A DNA stretch of 64,000 nucleotides from Tubiluchus corallicola. Its lineage: Eukaryota; Animalia; Priapulida. The DNA lies in NCBI GenBank assembly GCA_030141605.1, contig JAQGDQ010002374.1, positions 248,001-312,000 on the forward strand, read 5' to 3'. How positions within the stretch are numbered: position 1 is the first letter of the stretch; each line of letters opens with the position of its first letter. Made by a program: the position numbers and the translations under genes. Shown here piece after piece: positions 13,551 to 27,700 of this stretch. A model generated the notes under the pieces. It was not told the origin of the DNA. It made no database searches and worked only from the letters and a program-made list of their open reading frames with translations.

Positions 13551-14458
13551 GGGAGCCGAGTGGACCACTGAGCCAAGTAGACCACTTCCGGTAAAACCGA
13601 TGCGCTAAAAGTAGTGTCCTACATGGGCAGCCCAAGTAGGACACTAGCGATTTTTGTCGAGAAACTTGCTCTGGCAAATCTTGTTTCCAGTTTATATTAC
13701 CATTGTTTATAAGTATTGTTATGACATAATAAAGCATAAAACAAAATTTCTTTTAGAAACGGATATTCCTTGGCAATTTACAAATGCATTTCTTACAATA
13801 ATTTCATCATTATGATTAACTCCATTAATATATCATAACATTAAACCTAGTATCTAATGCTTTGAAGAGAGAAATTCTGCACACAGTTATTACAGAAATA
13901 ATTGCAAATTTAAAAATGAGACAGATGCTGCTAAGCCTTCACAACACAAAAAAGTAATTTTTAACATTTAAGAAAAGCAAGGATAATTAGTTTTAATATT
14001 ATCAGTAATATTGTAACATGTAGGGCACTGTCCTACATGGCTCGCTAGCCCATGCAGGACACATAGATCGCTAGAACGTTTACTTATAAGAAAACAATTA
14101 TTTGCCCAAGAGGTAGTGAAACGGATCACCTGTTTGTGAAGTGCGACAAAATCAAAAATGATATACCTTAAACAAATGTTGAATTCGCAAAAAAGTGGTT
14201 TTTTTCACTTCAACAACATTAATATCGAAACCAAATTTAATATTGTCCGTTCTACCAGCTCAGAATAAAATTCTTTTATTTTATTAGATGTATAACAAAT
14301 TATTCAACGTGTACTAACGTTTTTAATTATTATTATTACATAAACAAGCACAACGGACGGTGTCAGTACAGTTAACGACTCAATTCGCGACCTGTCTCTA
14401 GTGTCCTACTTGGGCAGCCCTAGTAGACCAATTGGTCTACTTGGCTCCACTCGACTCA
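13551..14458. mobile_element. Non-autonomous TIR element with internal palindromic motifs
   Basis: Left end GAGCCGAGTGG...AGCCAAGTAGACCA vs reverse complement of right end GAGTCGAGTGGAGCCAAGTAGACCA. The palindromic motif GTGTCCTAC(A/T)TGGGCAGCCC(A/T)AGTAG occurs near 13614 and 14401, with a variant near 14028. Confidence 0.6.
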
Positions 14459-15005
14459 TAACAGGAGGTTCACATTTGCAAAGGGAGTAATTAATGAGTG
14501 GAACATGTTGCTTGACGCTGTAGTTCAAGCCTCCAATCCTGCCCAGTTTAAGATTCGTCTTGATAGACACTAGAAATGCAATCCAGAAAAATATAAAGAT
14601 CCCAGATTGCCACAATGGCAACACTCAGGAAATCTTGTGCTATACTTCATGATCGCAGTGTGGCCACAAATTTTGTTAATTTTTATTTTAATAAAGTAAA
14701 CAAGGAAGAGTGGAGAGGTCCATAAGCTGCTTATGCTTAACCTCTATCCTTCGACGGTAACGGTAATTTAACTTTTATAAACTGTTAACAAAAATTCAAA
14801 AACGTTACGTTTACGTTCATGCCTAAATCACCAGATTCACCACCAGGGCGCACAACAGTAGCGTTGCCAATATACTTATAATTGCGAATGTAATTGCAGC
14901 ATCGTTTTTGTTATTAGTCAAGCATCTGTACACACAATGAATTGTGCACACGCCACACTAAAGATCATGTCAACACTCAACAGGTGAGCAATCTCTATCA
15001 GAAAG

Positions 15006-16160
15006 TAGGGATGAGCATTCTCTACCAGAAAGCGAATTCGAATCGAACCGAATTTGTGACTTTCGAATTCGAATTGAGATTGAACGATTTTCGAACAAGT
15101 TTCCGGAACCACCAGTAAAAATTAGTCTTACAAAAATTATGCATGCATATCACTAGATTTTGTTCTGCAATAAAACGACTAGTAATTTGTTTAAAGTTGT
15201 GCACAGAAATCACAGCTAAATTATGCTAATTGCATGACGTTTCAATCGTTTTAAGGATCAGGAAGAAATGTGATTGAAGTGCTGAATTATTAAAATCTAT
15301 AGTTTTGGATTCGAATCGAGTTCGAACTAAAAAACTCGTTCGAATCGAATTCGAGCGTTCGAATTCGATTCGAATGTTCGATGCTCACCCCCTACCAGAA
15401 AGCGAATTCGAATCGAATTTGTGACTTTCGAATCGAACCGAAACTTTAGCATTTCAAATTCGAATTGTGTTTGAAAGATTTTCGAGCCACCAGTAAACAG
15501 CGATCTTACAAAGATCATGCAAATTACTCAATTTTGTTCTGCAATAAAACCGCTAATAATTAATTAAAAAATGTAAAATTAATTAAAAATGTGCACAGGA
15601 ATCACTACTAAATTGTGCTAATTGTATGATGTTTCAAGTGTTTTAATGATAAAGAATGTGTATGGCTGAAGTGCTCAATTATTCAAATCTATAATTTTAG
15701 GTTTGAATCGAATTCAAATTAAAAAAAACTCGTTCGAATCGAATTTGAACATTTGATGCTCTCCCCAACATTAGAGCATTCTCAACTAGAAAGCAAATTT
15801 GTGTCGAATCGAATTTGTGACTTTCGAATTCTAGTTGAACCAAATTTCAGTATTTCAAATCCAAATTAAATTCAAATACACTTTAAAAGATTTTTGAACT
15901 AGTAAAAAGTGGTCTTACAAAGATCGTGCATAGAACTGTATTTTGTTCTGCAGTAAAACCGCTCTATTAGATTGTTAAAAATTTCGCACAGAAAACGCAG
16001 CTAAATTGTGCTAATTGCATGCTTTCTCAAACATTTAAATGATAAAGAACATATGTAGCTGAAGTCACGAATTATTCAAATTGATGATTGAAGGTTTGAA
16101 TCAAATTCGACCTAAAAAAACTCGTTCGAGTCAAATTCAAACGTTCGATGCTCACTCCTA
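15006..16160. repeat. Three head-to-tail copies (about 385 bp) of a TTCGAA-rich, hAT-like MITE unit
   Basis: Units at about 15006-15393, 15391-15770 and 15771-16160 share AGAAAGC(G/A)AATT ... TTTGTTCTGCA(A/G)TAAAAC ... AAAAAACTCGTTCGA ... GATGCTC. Outer ends TAGGGATGAGCAT / ATGCTCACTCCTA are inverted. Confidence 0.75.
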
Positions 16161-19100
16161 TCCTACACTCGATAGGCAGGTAGTAGCCTAATAAGCCTTT
16201 TCTTAACATTTAAAAGCAGTTCAATTCCTTTAACTCCATTTTCAAACACTTAGCTGTTTGTTAGTGTGTCTATTAGTAATTAATTACATGATTAGTCTTT
16301 AAGCTGCTGTATCAATTTCTTTACTGGTCTATTATTCATCATCTATTTGTCTCCTGTTAACAGTTTAATTAGTACATAATAAGCTCTGCCTATTGAATGT
16401 TTGTAAATCCACCACTGATGATGGCAGCAGCAGCTAGCCGAAACGTTTTCTGAGCCTAATCTGGGCAGAGGCATTTGTTTGGGACTTAAATCCTTGTGTT
16501 TTGGATTCTCTACAACTTTCTTTTAAACTATTGTAACTGTTTTGCAATTCAGATTTTCCATAAAAATATTGTAATATTCAATTCTTCGTTTAACCTTTGC
16601 TGCTTGTGCTTCATTTGTGCATATCTTAATAATTATTGTGAAATATTTTTGTCGTAAATTCTCTACTTTAGCTTCTTCAGGACCATAAGTGGGTGTTGCA
16701 TTTTGCATGCTTCATGAAAAAAATGCTCTCACCAAGCAGCGATTATGTTATATTTGATCATGTTTGTTGGCTTCTATTCTGCACACAATAGATTTTCTTG
16801 CAAAATTATATGAAATGTGTTTGCTTACCTTAGACAAATTTAAAATCCATTTTTGATGAAAACACTGTAAAAAGCTTTCAGTAAATGCATAGTTTGCACT
16901 GTAGCACTATCACTTGTGCAAAATCCGTTAATGCAAAAAATTTCAACTATCCAGACACAGTATTCTAACGCACGTTGGCCTCAACTCTGCTCTATTTTTA
17001 AGGAGAAATTCCTGTTAAAAGATGAAATGACCTTTATTTCTCATTGCTGATTGCAATTGTTTACAGCTGGTGATATTGGATGTATAGGGTAGACAATCTC
17101 ACTGTGTGCCACCAAACAGCTGGCTTAAATACAGGGAGAAACTTTATTGAAGAAGAATGCAAATATGCTATCACAGGGAGACATACATGTTAAAAATAGA
17201 TTGACTACACCTAGTCAATACGTATAGCTTCTCAGTGTTCTAACCTCATGATCTAACCTTAGAGTAGTGCATACAAGAACAGCATACGAGCTATAAACTA
17301 ACTTGAGTTGTTTATTACCATCTTGAAATGTTGAATATTTAGTGTTTAAGTTGCATAGACACTCTATTTACAGCGCACGTCACTTAGCTGAAATCTATGC
17401 ATGTATGTAGCACAAACTGCAAAGTGTTCTTAACCAAAACTGTGCTAAAAACAGCTCAACTCTCTCTGTCTGCACAGTTCAACGCTTAGCCCGCATATCT
17501 CTCATCTTAGCGGCTCGGACTCTCAAATGCATCTCCCTTGCAAACAGGGATCTGATTCTCTCCTCACTTGCATATGCTGGAATTTGTTGAAGTCCACTAA
17601 GCAGTGGCTTATTTAATGGCATGATTTCCACATTGCCGTCCTACTCGAACTGCCGTAAACCGTTAATCGCAAATAATAAACTTTATATTTCCACTGAAAC
17701 ACTTGCGATATTTTCTCAACAATATCTCTAAATATTATTGGCCTGGTCGACTTACGTGCGCAAATGTGAGTGCGCAGAGCGAATATGAAAAAAAGCTATC
17801 TTGAATGCGTTTGTGTTGTGTAGCAATTTTGTTCCTATTGCAAATGCTAAGAAAAGCCTTAAATAGAAGAATAATTATTAGAAAAATTGCAATGACGTTT
17901 TTCAGTTTAAAAAAAATACTCTTAGGAAATTCTGTCGTGTTTGAAAACGAGACAAGGTAACGATATGTTGGCTGTCACAAATTTGAAAGGTTGGAATGTG
18001 TTGTTGACGTTTGTCACTTTTATATTTTTGATAAATATTTTCGTTTCTGAAACTCCAATTAACTTTAAAAAATGCGAATGAGTGTGATTGACAAACTGCA
18101 GTGTTTTATTATTAGTGCTAAGCAATTTATGCGATAGAGCTTAAAACCGCATAGAAAACACTCCAGCTTTTTTCTCGTCTGTTGTCTATTAAGTTTTATA
18201 CTACTATACTGGCCTTATTTAACTAATTTTTAAGTTTATTTAACGTTTATACGTAGAGTGATTTTCCGCACGGTGTCCCGCAAAGGAAATTCGCATGGTT
18301 TTCCAGGGCCAGAATTTCGTTATATTTTGCCAGTATCTAAGCGATTCTCGAAATGACTTTTGTGAGAATACAGAGAATCAGGATCTAAGTTACATAATTC
18401 AAGTACGATCAGTTATAATTATTGAAACAACTTACTTAAACTAGTCGATTGAATTTCAATTAAAGTGATTTATTATTATAAGAATTAATCACTACCAGTA
18501 CTAACATCTTTTTTTCAGAATGAGACCTAACATAAAATTTACTGATTCAGTCTCCAAACCATTTAGAATTTTGTTGATTCTCCTCTTTGTCAGTGAATAC
18601 AATCATCATTTCCCTTATCAAGAAGTGTATAACAAGCATTTGAAAGAAAAATTTATCTAAATTTATGCGAAACTCGGAAAATTTTACTCGTATGGTTTTA
18701 CTGATATGGTCATATCACGCGCACACTTTTGATATGATAGGTCATGCATCAATCTACTCTAGCAAAATCTAAGAAAGAATTAAAGAAGAAGATCGTAGAC
18801 AAATACAAATAAACTTTTAAATGGTCCAGCATTTTCCCCCCATACTATAATTTGTAGTGTAGTTAGTGTTTTAACTATATTATTTTTGTTGCAGTTTATT
18901 TATTACAATATTGCTGATTAATTAATTATTTGTTTTAGTTTGTGACTGCATATATGTGACAAAATGCAAATAAAGATAATACATATTGCTGGAATTTAAC
19001 ATAATTATGTTGTTGCCAGTCATATTTTCTCCTTTCCTTGTGTCCTAATTTTTCTTCTTTTTTCACTATCCTGTAACCATAATACCCTATGAAATACTTG

Positions 19101-21654
19101 ATCCACGATACGTTTATCTCTGTTCCATCTTTCAAGATTCCTGTGAAACCTGGCTTGAATCTCCTATTATTGTATTATTGAATCCTTTTATTGATTTATT
19201 ATTGTATTAATGTAATTTACTTTGAACATTTACATTAGTTTATACTGTAACAGCGATTTTGTTATATGTTGTGTTATGTGTAATAAAAAAGTCTTGGAAA
19301 CTTGCACATATCTTATATGTTGACTATTACAAAGAACTTGAAAGAAGATCCACCTGCAGTAAATGCACCAGCCGCCTCGTACAAGAACCCTACGTAGGTA
19401 ACAAATCCCATTTGGTACCTTCCTAAGTCTGCACCGATTTTCTAAAAAAACGTCGCTCAAAGAACAATCTAAAGGAAAATTTCTTCTTAAAATAGAAAAA
19501 TGATGCTTTTTAAAAGAGTTTTTTAATAGAAATTTTTTCTCTTTTAATTTCAGTTATTCGGGCTTCCACTCCAATAAAATTGGTTTTTGTTGTCATGCTG
19601 GAGACATTGCTTGGCCTTGTATTTAATAAAATATTGAAAATCACGTTTAATGGGTACCACAACAATATTAATTTATGATTGGTGGAGCACGGTTTAACTA
19701 AAACTGGACGACAGCCAAAAATGGCAATACTGTTGTACCATGTCACGGCAACGTATTTTTGATGGATGACAGGAAAAGGAGCCTTCAGTATTTTGTTTCT
19801 TGTTTGGTTGTTGCCAATTATTATTAATGTAACTAAACATATCATTTGAAGACAAGTTCATGTCAATTTGTAATGTCAGGTTTAAATTAATTCATATTGC
19901 ATAATTTAAATTCACTTATCTGTTGTTTTAACAAGAAGAACAGTTAAGTTCTTCGACTATGCAGCCTGATTTTCGCCATCTTAATTGTCATCTGGCCTGA
20001 TGATGTCACTGACATTAAATATCCGTAGTGAGCTTAGCAAACGCGTTGCAAAATAAACGGCGGCTGTTGTATTTACAAACATACTATAATAGGTGTTCCT
20101 GCTTAATAAATAATGAGATGTCCAATATACAGAGATTCAAATACATCACTGACTACTGTCAGTCCTATACAGTTTGCAAGTACTGTAAGTTCCTCAGTGG
20201 GTTTTGTGTTCTACAGTTTTTAGATGCCTGATTTAATACTAAACCTAGCAGAAGAAATGCTTTTCAGACAATGCTTCTTATATTTTTAGACACTTGGGAA
20301 AACACTCACATTTTTTTCTAATGTGCGTTCCCGTTTTCTATCTCACTACGATCCCATTTTGTCTGTATGTCATGATCCTGGAGATCCCTGGAATGCATGT
20401 CATGTGGTTCAAGATGTACAAAGTGCTACATTCAGTTTCTGGTCCAATGTTATTATTATTATTATTGCAATAATTATTATTATTACATCACTTTTATACC
20501 AGTTTGGAAGTTTTTTGCTATACAAAATTGCGACTAATTGGTGCTTATGTTGTCCAACCTTACCCTAATTGCAAGCAATAATAGGTCTGAAATTGATTGA
20601 TGTCTTTAACCAGTATATACCCTTCAGCAATAGTATGTGGTCACTAATGGCCACTTTGCCAGATTGTTCTGTTCGTATCAAAAGGTACTGTGATTTACTG
20701 GGTTGATTTTCGGCCTCAAATCGTAATTGTGAGGTGTGGCCTTTTACAGCAGTTAAAAACAGATTCGAATAGCTATTATATGCTATGCACCATGATACCT
20801 TTGGAAATTTATTACAGTTGCCTACTTTGTTTGTTCAAACGAATAAGTTTAAATTGTGCAAAAATTAGATTTCATTCTACTCAATAGATGTTTTGTTTCT
20901 TAGAATAAATGTTCAATTGCATGAGTAGCACATACTACCAAACATTGTTATTGAGGTATGATGGTGTCAAAACTCTAGTGCCATATCTATTGCTCACGAC
21001 ATTTTAACACTTGCCGTAGAACATGTACAGTGCAGGTATAAAGATAAAATTTTCGCTTGTTCATAACTGCCATAATCTTTGTAAATCGAATCCACATTCT
21101 ATGCCGCTTTCACAATCGGTGGCGCGCAGTCCAAAGTTAAGGCGGCAAAATGCACTCTGTTTTACGGTAAGAAATTTGGAAGTTGGGATAGCTGAGCACT
21201 TACAACATAATGAAGCTATAAATTTTAATGAAAATGTACCTTACACTCTGAACACTTTCACTTTAAGAACGTTAATTTAAACCTCATTTTATAAAGTGGT
21301 CCTAGTACCCTTTAAGGCCGACCATTTGGTTGACCAGGTGACCAAAACCACTTGTATCGTCCATTTGACTTAGCTCAGGTGGACCATAAAGGGTAAGAGA
21401 AGGTTGATTGATTGTTTTCGGTTAGATTGCAGCAAAACCGATAGATTATGACTTCGCTATTAGGAATATTAGGTTTAAGCTCTTACTATTCTTATTCAGG
21501 TTATTCAGTTTAGCTTCTCTGGCAGTGCATTGTGGCGCTCTACTGAATGGCAACAGATTACATCATTGTTTTGATAACAGTGGCATTTACCAAGTTGTAT
21601 TTGTTATGAAATTTATTGTGTTGCGTTTTTGCAGGTTGACGATGGCTGCTTGAT

Positions 21655-21780
21655 ATGGAAAGAGGAAGACGTGGAAACAGGAAGTGGAAACTTGATATAA
21701 ATACAGCTGATCTTACACAGTTACAAAGTCTGACTGGGGTCGGACCCAGAAAGGCAAAGCAAATAATCAAATCTAGAAAG
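21655..21780 (+). CDS. First coding exon of a ComEA-type helix-hairpin-helix protein (HhH motif 1); predicted N-terminus of a long FBXW7 isoform
   Basis: Acceptor TTTTTGCAG|21635, in-frame stop at 21637 upstream of ATG 21655. Translates [42 protein letters not shown]; donor AAG|GTAATT, phase 0. Confidence 0.85.
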
Positions 21781-24700
21781 GTAATTAGTAGTAGATGACT
21801 GTTATTTAAATACTTACACTTCTATTTCTCTTCAGAAACAAATGAAAAGCAACTAAAAGGATCTAAGACTGACAACAAAAATACATCTTTTTCTATCTAA
21901 TCGCCCAGGTAATATTTTGTTTATTGCACACCTGACCAGAATTTTATTACAAAAATTTTGTACATTCATATACTTACCGGATGTAGTCATATAAAAGCGT
22001 ATTTTTTAATTTAAAACAAAATGCAATGATTATTAAGACATCACTCTTTCGGAGTGTACGCAGCCATGTTTTCGACGACAAACTCTGGTCAACGTTGCTG
22101 TTTTGTATGATGCTTATTATCATATTGGAGGCTAAAAATACCGTATTTTCTGTCAAATTAGTGTATTAATGACCGAGTAGTGTTGCCGCTTATTCCATAA
22201 TTATCAATATACGTTCATGCTTACAAAAAACAGACTATACGATAATTTAGTAATGTGAAACAAAAAACTAAAAAACAAAGTGTGAAATAATGTGCATTGA
22301 AAATAATTTAAAACTTTACTTCTAACTGGTGGGAAATAAACAAACTTTGATTTCAACGGATTTTAAATGTTTCATGATCCAGCTTTAAATATTCACAAAG
22401 CTTAAGAATATTTTTAAGTCTCCTACTGATGTCTTTTGACCTCATAAAGCTAAGACAGGAATAAACTTTTGTGTGGCCTACCTAAGATTTGTCTACTGCA
22501 ACTATAACTGTCTACGTTTCGACAAAATTAATACCCAGAAGTTCTGGAACTATTCGTGTATTCTTGCACTTTTTTTTGTAGCTGAATAGAAAAAAGATTA
22601 AATTACCATTAAGTTACATTCATATTTAAAACTCGTACACCATTTGGCTGATACATTAAAAACTATTGTATATACGATATCAAGTAAGGTTTGAGCTCCT
22701 TGACAAACATCAAAAACTGTTTCATCACGCTTTTGCTAATTTTGTAAACGCAATGAAAATGAAGTCTGCATTTGATTTTTATAATGCTTAATAACATTTA
22801 TTGTACAATTTTTTTATTTTGATTAAGGAATGTTTTAATTTGACCTAAATCATAAGTATATTTTTTTATATCAGATTATTATTATTTACTAATTCCTTCA
22901 TTTTCATTTTTATTTATATTTACTAATGTAAATATAGTATGATATGTATGAAACGTTAGAAACAAGACTGTTTTTAGTGAGGAACTAGGAAGTTAGTATT
23001 TTCACTCGCCAGGACACTGAGCTAGTCATTAATTTTGTGCCTGATCATTTCAAGTTATTTTAATTGTTACACGGTCAATTTGAGTGTTGTTCTTGTTTGA
23101 CTAATTTACTCTTTGTTAAGTTTTTATCTTTTATTTTTGTAATTTTTAGTCAGTAAATCTAATCTAATCTAATTTATGGATGGTTTTTATGATGGTGGTA
23201 CTTAAACATAACAATGAATGTGATTTATCTATCTGCATTAGTATTTAAAATTTAGTGATGTTGCAGCAAGATGGTTGTTCAATTCATGTTGTCTTACTTA
23301 TAAATACATGTCTTTGAACTTTGGCTTGATCCAAACATAGTCCCTTCATATATCTAAGCTTTGCTAAATATTTTTATAACAGTGTCTATTCCTAATTGAT
23401 TTCATCATAAGTATCCCATAGTTTGATTTTTATGGGTTAGGTACAGCTAGTAGGTTTCTAATGTCTAAGGTTCGATGTCATATGCGTTTGGCTTGTTCAG
23501 TTTTTTGCTTCAAGATGTTTGAAGACTTCATGACAGGGCCAAAAATTTCCTGAAATGAAGTGCTCCAAATGCTGCCCCTCGAGATGTCCTGTAGCTCACA
23601 TAATTAATGCATAAGGCTGATCTGTGTGATAATGTTCATTGTCTGCTGAACTTGAGGGATAGTCTGCACTTATTTATTTATGATTTAGACATCATGGGAC
23701 ATCTACAATGTTTTCTTATATTTTGTACATGTGCATGTTTTACATATTTTAAAATTTGAGTGTGTGTTTCAAAATTATTTGTCTTGCACAACAGCTGTTC
23801 TAAAATCGATTGATTTTTAATTTTAAACGTATATTTTAAATAGTTTGTTATTCCGCTCAAAATCAGTGTTTTCATTCATACAGCAGAAAACTTTCCCAGG
23901 CAGATACATTGGTGAAGAGGGTGTGCAGCGGTACTAACTGTTCATTCATGCCAAATAACCACTCATTAATTAGGCATTTTTATAGTAATTTAACATTGGT
24001 ATTTTTTAGCATTTTTGACCTCATATTGCTACTGAGATATTAACCTGAGATATTAGTCATGGTTCTTAAATTTTGTTTGTTTATCATGTGTTTGGTGTCA
24101 GTGCTAAGAAAACCAAATTTTCCAGAATTTTTATGAGGCCAGTGAACGTATGAAACCAGGAGCCTTAGTGGTCTTGCTTTCGCACATGGTTACAGATTTC
24201 TAATACTGTGAGAAAAAGTTGTTTTTTCTGATATAATGGGTATAATTTCTAATTTGCAGCCTTCTTTTGTATTCTGCTCACCTTATTTTTATATTATCTG
24301 TAAATGATGTCTTTGCATTGGCTAACTGCTCTAATCATTTGTAAATATGATCTTATTACTCTGCAATTGATACTGAACATATAATGACATATAAGCTTTG
24401 GCTCACAAGAGGAGACAAATTTAACATGTGGCTTTTTAGCAACTTATTAACAGTTTACATCGTATCCTTGTAGCTATTTATTAAATGACGAAACAGTGTT
24501 AAATAATCTATAGAAAATGGTTGCTTTTGCCTTTTTTACACGCCCTTTGAACGAAGTGTAATGGACCAGTGACTTCTAATATACCTATCAGCTACAGTTG
24601 TATGATTTTGCAGTTATTTTAAAAACTTTGGTGCAGATAAAAGCTGAATGGTGCCAGTAAGCATTTTTACAGTTTCGATGTGTGCACGAACAGTTGCTGT

Positions 24701-27700
24701 AGGTCAAAGGTTAAGTGTACTACAACCGTCAAATGGCGTGTATAAAGCAAAACCGTCTGCTGTATCAGTTCAGTAGCTTCAGTTGTTTTATGTGGACTCA
24801 CATTGTAACCTATACCATTCAATTCGCCTCATCAAGACCTTGATATGCTACATGGTACTATTCGTAAACACTCAATGCATTTCTGTTCCCGACCCCAATT
24901 TTTCCGTTTTTGCCCCCTAGCGGGGTCGCGGATTAGCTATTCTCGTTGCAACATATGCCATTCGATCTGCCTCATTGAGACCTTTCATTTCATATGCTAC
25001 AAGGTACCTTTGCTCAACACTCAGTGCACGTCAGTTCCCGACCCCCATTTTTTGGTTTTTGCCTCCTAGCGGAAAATTGTCCCCCTCCAAATCACCCATA
25101 TTTTGCCATATCCAACAACTTGGCCCCACCTAACCACCAAATATTGTCGCCCTAGCCCACAAACTGTGGGAGCAGATGGATCTTAAAGAAAAATAAATGA
25201 AGACCCGACTGCTCCATGACCTTTGACTCGGCAACTTGAGTCACGTGTATACATATATAACTTTGGCCAGAGAGTCCCTAGCACCCTGTGAGTTTTATGT
25301 CCCTAGCACTCAGCGTGTAAAAGGTCACAAATTAGGCGGTCCCCAAATTTTGCATTTTGGCCCCTCACTCGGGCGTTTAAAGCTTGTCGGCTTTTTAAAA
25401 CCCCAGGTGCACACCTGCCCCACAGTACCCAAATACTTGTGAAAAAAATTTGGAAAATGACGAAAGTCGTAGGAGGAGTTGAATCATAAAGGAAAAACCG
25501 ACCAACGGCCACTGTCCTTCCCCCCTTGACCACTGGTCAGCGATTGCTATACATTTGTACGTCCCCTGCCCAGGGCTACCAACTCTGCGTGTTTGGCGAC
25601 CCTAGCTTGCAAGGCTTACGAGTTATTAAGCGTTAAAATGGCGGAGAATAAATAATATCAAATTTGCACTCAATGAAAAACAGTAAGATTTTGCTATGGC
25701 GAAATCTTAATAAATTACAAAACGTAATTCCTAAGTGAACTCAATAGTCAACCTTTTCAATTAAATTAATTGTAGTTGCATAGGCATCAAAATTTATAAA
25801 ATTAACATCATTATATAATATGTACATCTGCATTTGCATATCCAGTACCTCCCAACTATGATTTCGTCATTTTATGTATATTAATAGCTTTGGCACACTG
25901 CGAGTTGATATCAAGCATTGATTGGCAAGGCCTCTTCATTGCAATGTTTGTGGCATGAATGTACACGGGCTCTTTATTAGGGATATCTGATATAAGATAA
26001 ATGGCTAAATTAGTAGAGTTAAACAGCCAGAATCAATTTAAATAAAAATAGCTCAGGGTGAGTATTGAACCCAGGCAATCAAGAGCCATTCACGTGAAGC
26101 ATGTACGTGAAAACCCTCAGCGTGAACTCCACTATATTTTTAAAATTCCACATTTGATTTGTAAAGTGGCACTTTTTACACAAATATGAATGAAGCTTCA
26201 AATGATGGTCATCTAATGAACGGTATGTTGTCGCAAAAATACAGGAAATTTATTAGATTTTAATCAGACATATTTGCTTACATGACATCATAAATCTGAC
26301 TTGCAAGTGAAATTGCTTATATACCTAGGAAAATAAAAACGGAGTTCATGATTAATTAATGATACAGTTCACGGTTGATGGTGTGCTTTAATTCTATTGA
26401 CACTTTGTTATTGACGAGCCGCTTTGTGTGATCACACCCGTTCGTGCTACCACTATTGACCCACATCTGACTGTCTTGTGTGCTGGTGTGTGTCCGGGAA
26501 ACGTTGTGTGCCTTCACTGCCTTGCACTACAACCCCAGGTACGGGGTGCTACCAGTTACGCACCACAGAACACCTAGTATTACTATCAGAAGACATTCTT
26601 ATAGTACTTTCTATGATGTGTGGCTGTACTGTGCTTGATATTCTGAAGTTTTATTAGTTTTTTATAAGTTTGTTGTTGCCTAGTGTACCCTGAGTACTTT
26701 CTATTAGTTCATTTTTATCCCTAGTAGCTCTGACCTATAAGAAAACTGTTTAAAATCCAGCCCTGAAAGTACAGTAACAATGTCTATGGTGTTAGCTCTA
26801 GTGTTGCGCAAAGCTAGATTTCTTATAAATATACATATGTTAGATTCCCTGAAATGTGATACTCACTCATCAAAATGGCTGTGATTATTTGGAGTTTTTG
26901 ATTTCTAGAGGCAGAAATGTGTGACGCTAGTCATGCTGCAGGTTCGTACTGGAGTGATTAAATGCTCATTTTAGTGTATTTTTTGATTAAGGGAACACCT
27001 GTCCATTCGTTCGGCAGTGACCATTTATTATGGCAGAGGAGATAAAGCCAGGAGATTTAATACATGGTTTAGTCTAAAGAACTTGATTCAGTGCATAAGC
27101 TGTTACAGTTGTTCAGTACATAAGCTGCGTAACATAGAATAGATTAGTTTAATGTCTCTTTTGAGATCATTTATTTGTGTGAACGTACCTTTATTCTTGA
27201 AATGGCAAATTGTTTGTTGAATACATTTTACTTATTCTTTGCAGATTTCTTCTTTTACTTTTCCCTTTTGCCATTTACTTTTTATTTAACTTATTAATCT
27301 ACTTTTGATCATTATTTCATTCATTTGTGTGTTCTTCCTGTATACATTCTTCATACAGGCATTTATTCACTGATTCATTCGTTTTTATTGATTTCCTTAC
27401 TCATCTAATCATTCCTTCGTGTTCATTTAGTTGTTTATTTATTATGTGCTGTTACGGTTAATTTTGTAAGGAAACTGTTCTAAGTAACTTCCTCTTTTGT
27501 AAGTTCACATGCTGTCATTACTCAGCACTGAAGAGGTCATATAGTTCCTTCTTCCTTGTGGGAAAGGAGATTTGAAACGGATTACAATCTATTATTTTTA
27601 AATAATTTATGCTGTGAGATACATTTCACTGCAGTATATCTCGCTTTGCTTAGTTCTGTTAAAAAGTGAACTGAATAGTTGAGTGGTCATGGTATGTGGT

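Noticed and set aside
14808-14870. Possible non-coding first exon and promoter of PRPF3
   Set aside because: Donor-like sites exist (minus strand 14814, 14808; also 13439) but cannot be discriminated without transcript data.
15006-16160. Possible CRISPR-like or heat-shock-element array
   Set aside because: No constant repeat with unique spacers; the pattern is explained by tandem MITE units, and most GAA/TTC spacings do not fit the HSE.
18935-19845. Short minus-strand ORFs of 66-111 aa
   Set aside because: No recognisable homology or consistent splice chain; expected by chance.
19970-20190. Possible promoter/first exon of the HhH gene (CGCCATCTT YY1-like motif, GTAAGT donor near 20185)
   Set aside because: Such motifs are also common in transposon fragments; orientation is ambiguous and there is no independent support.
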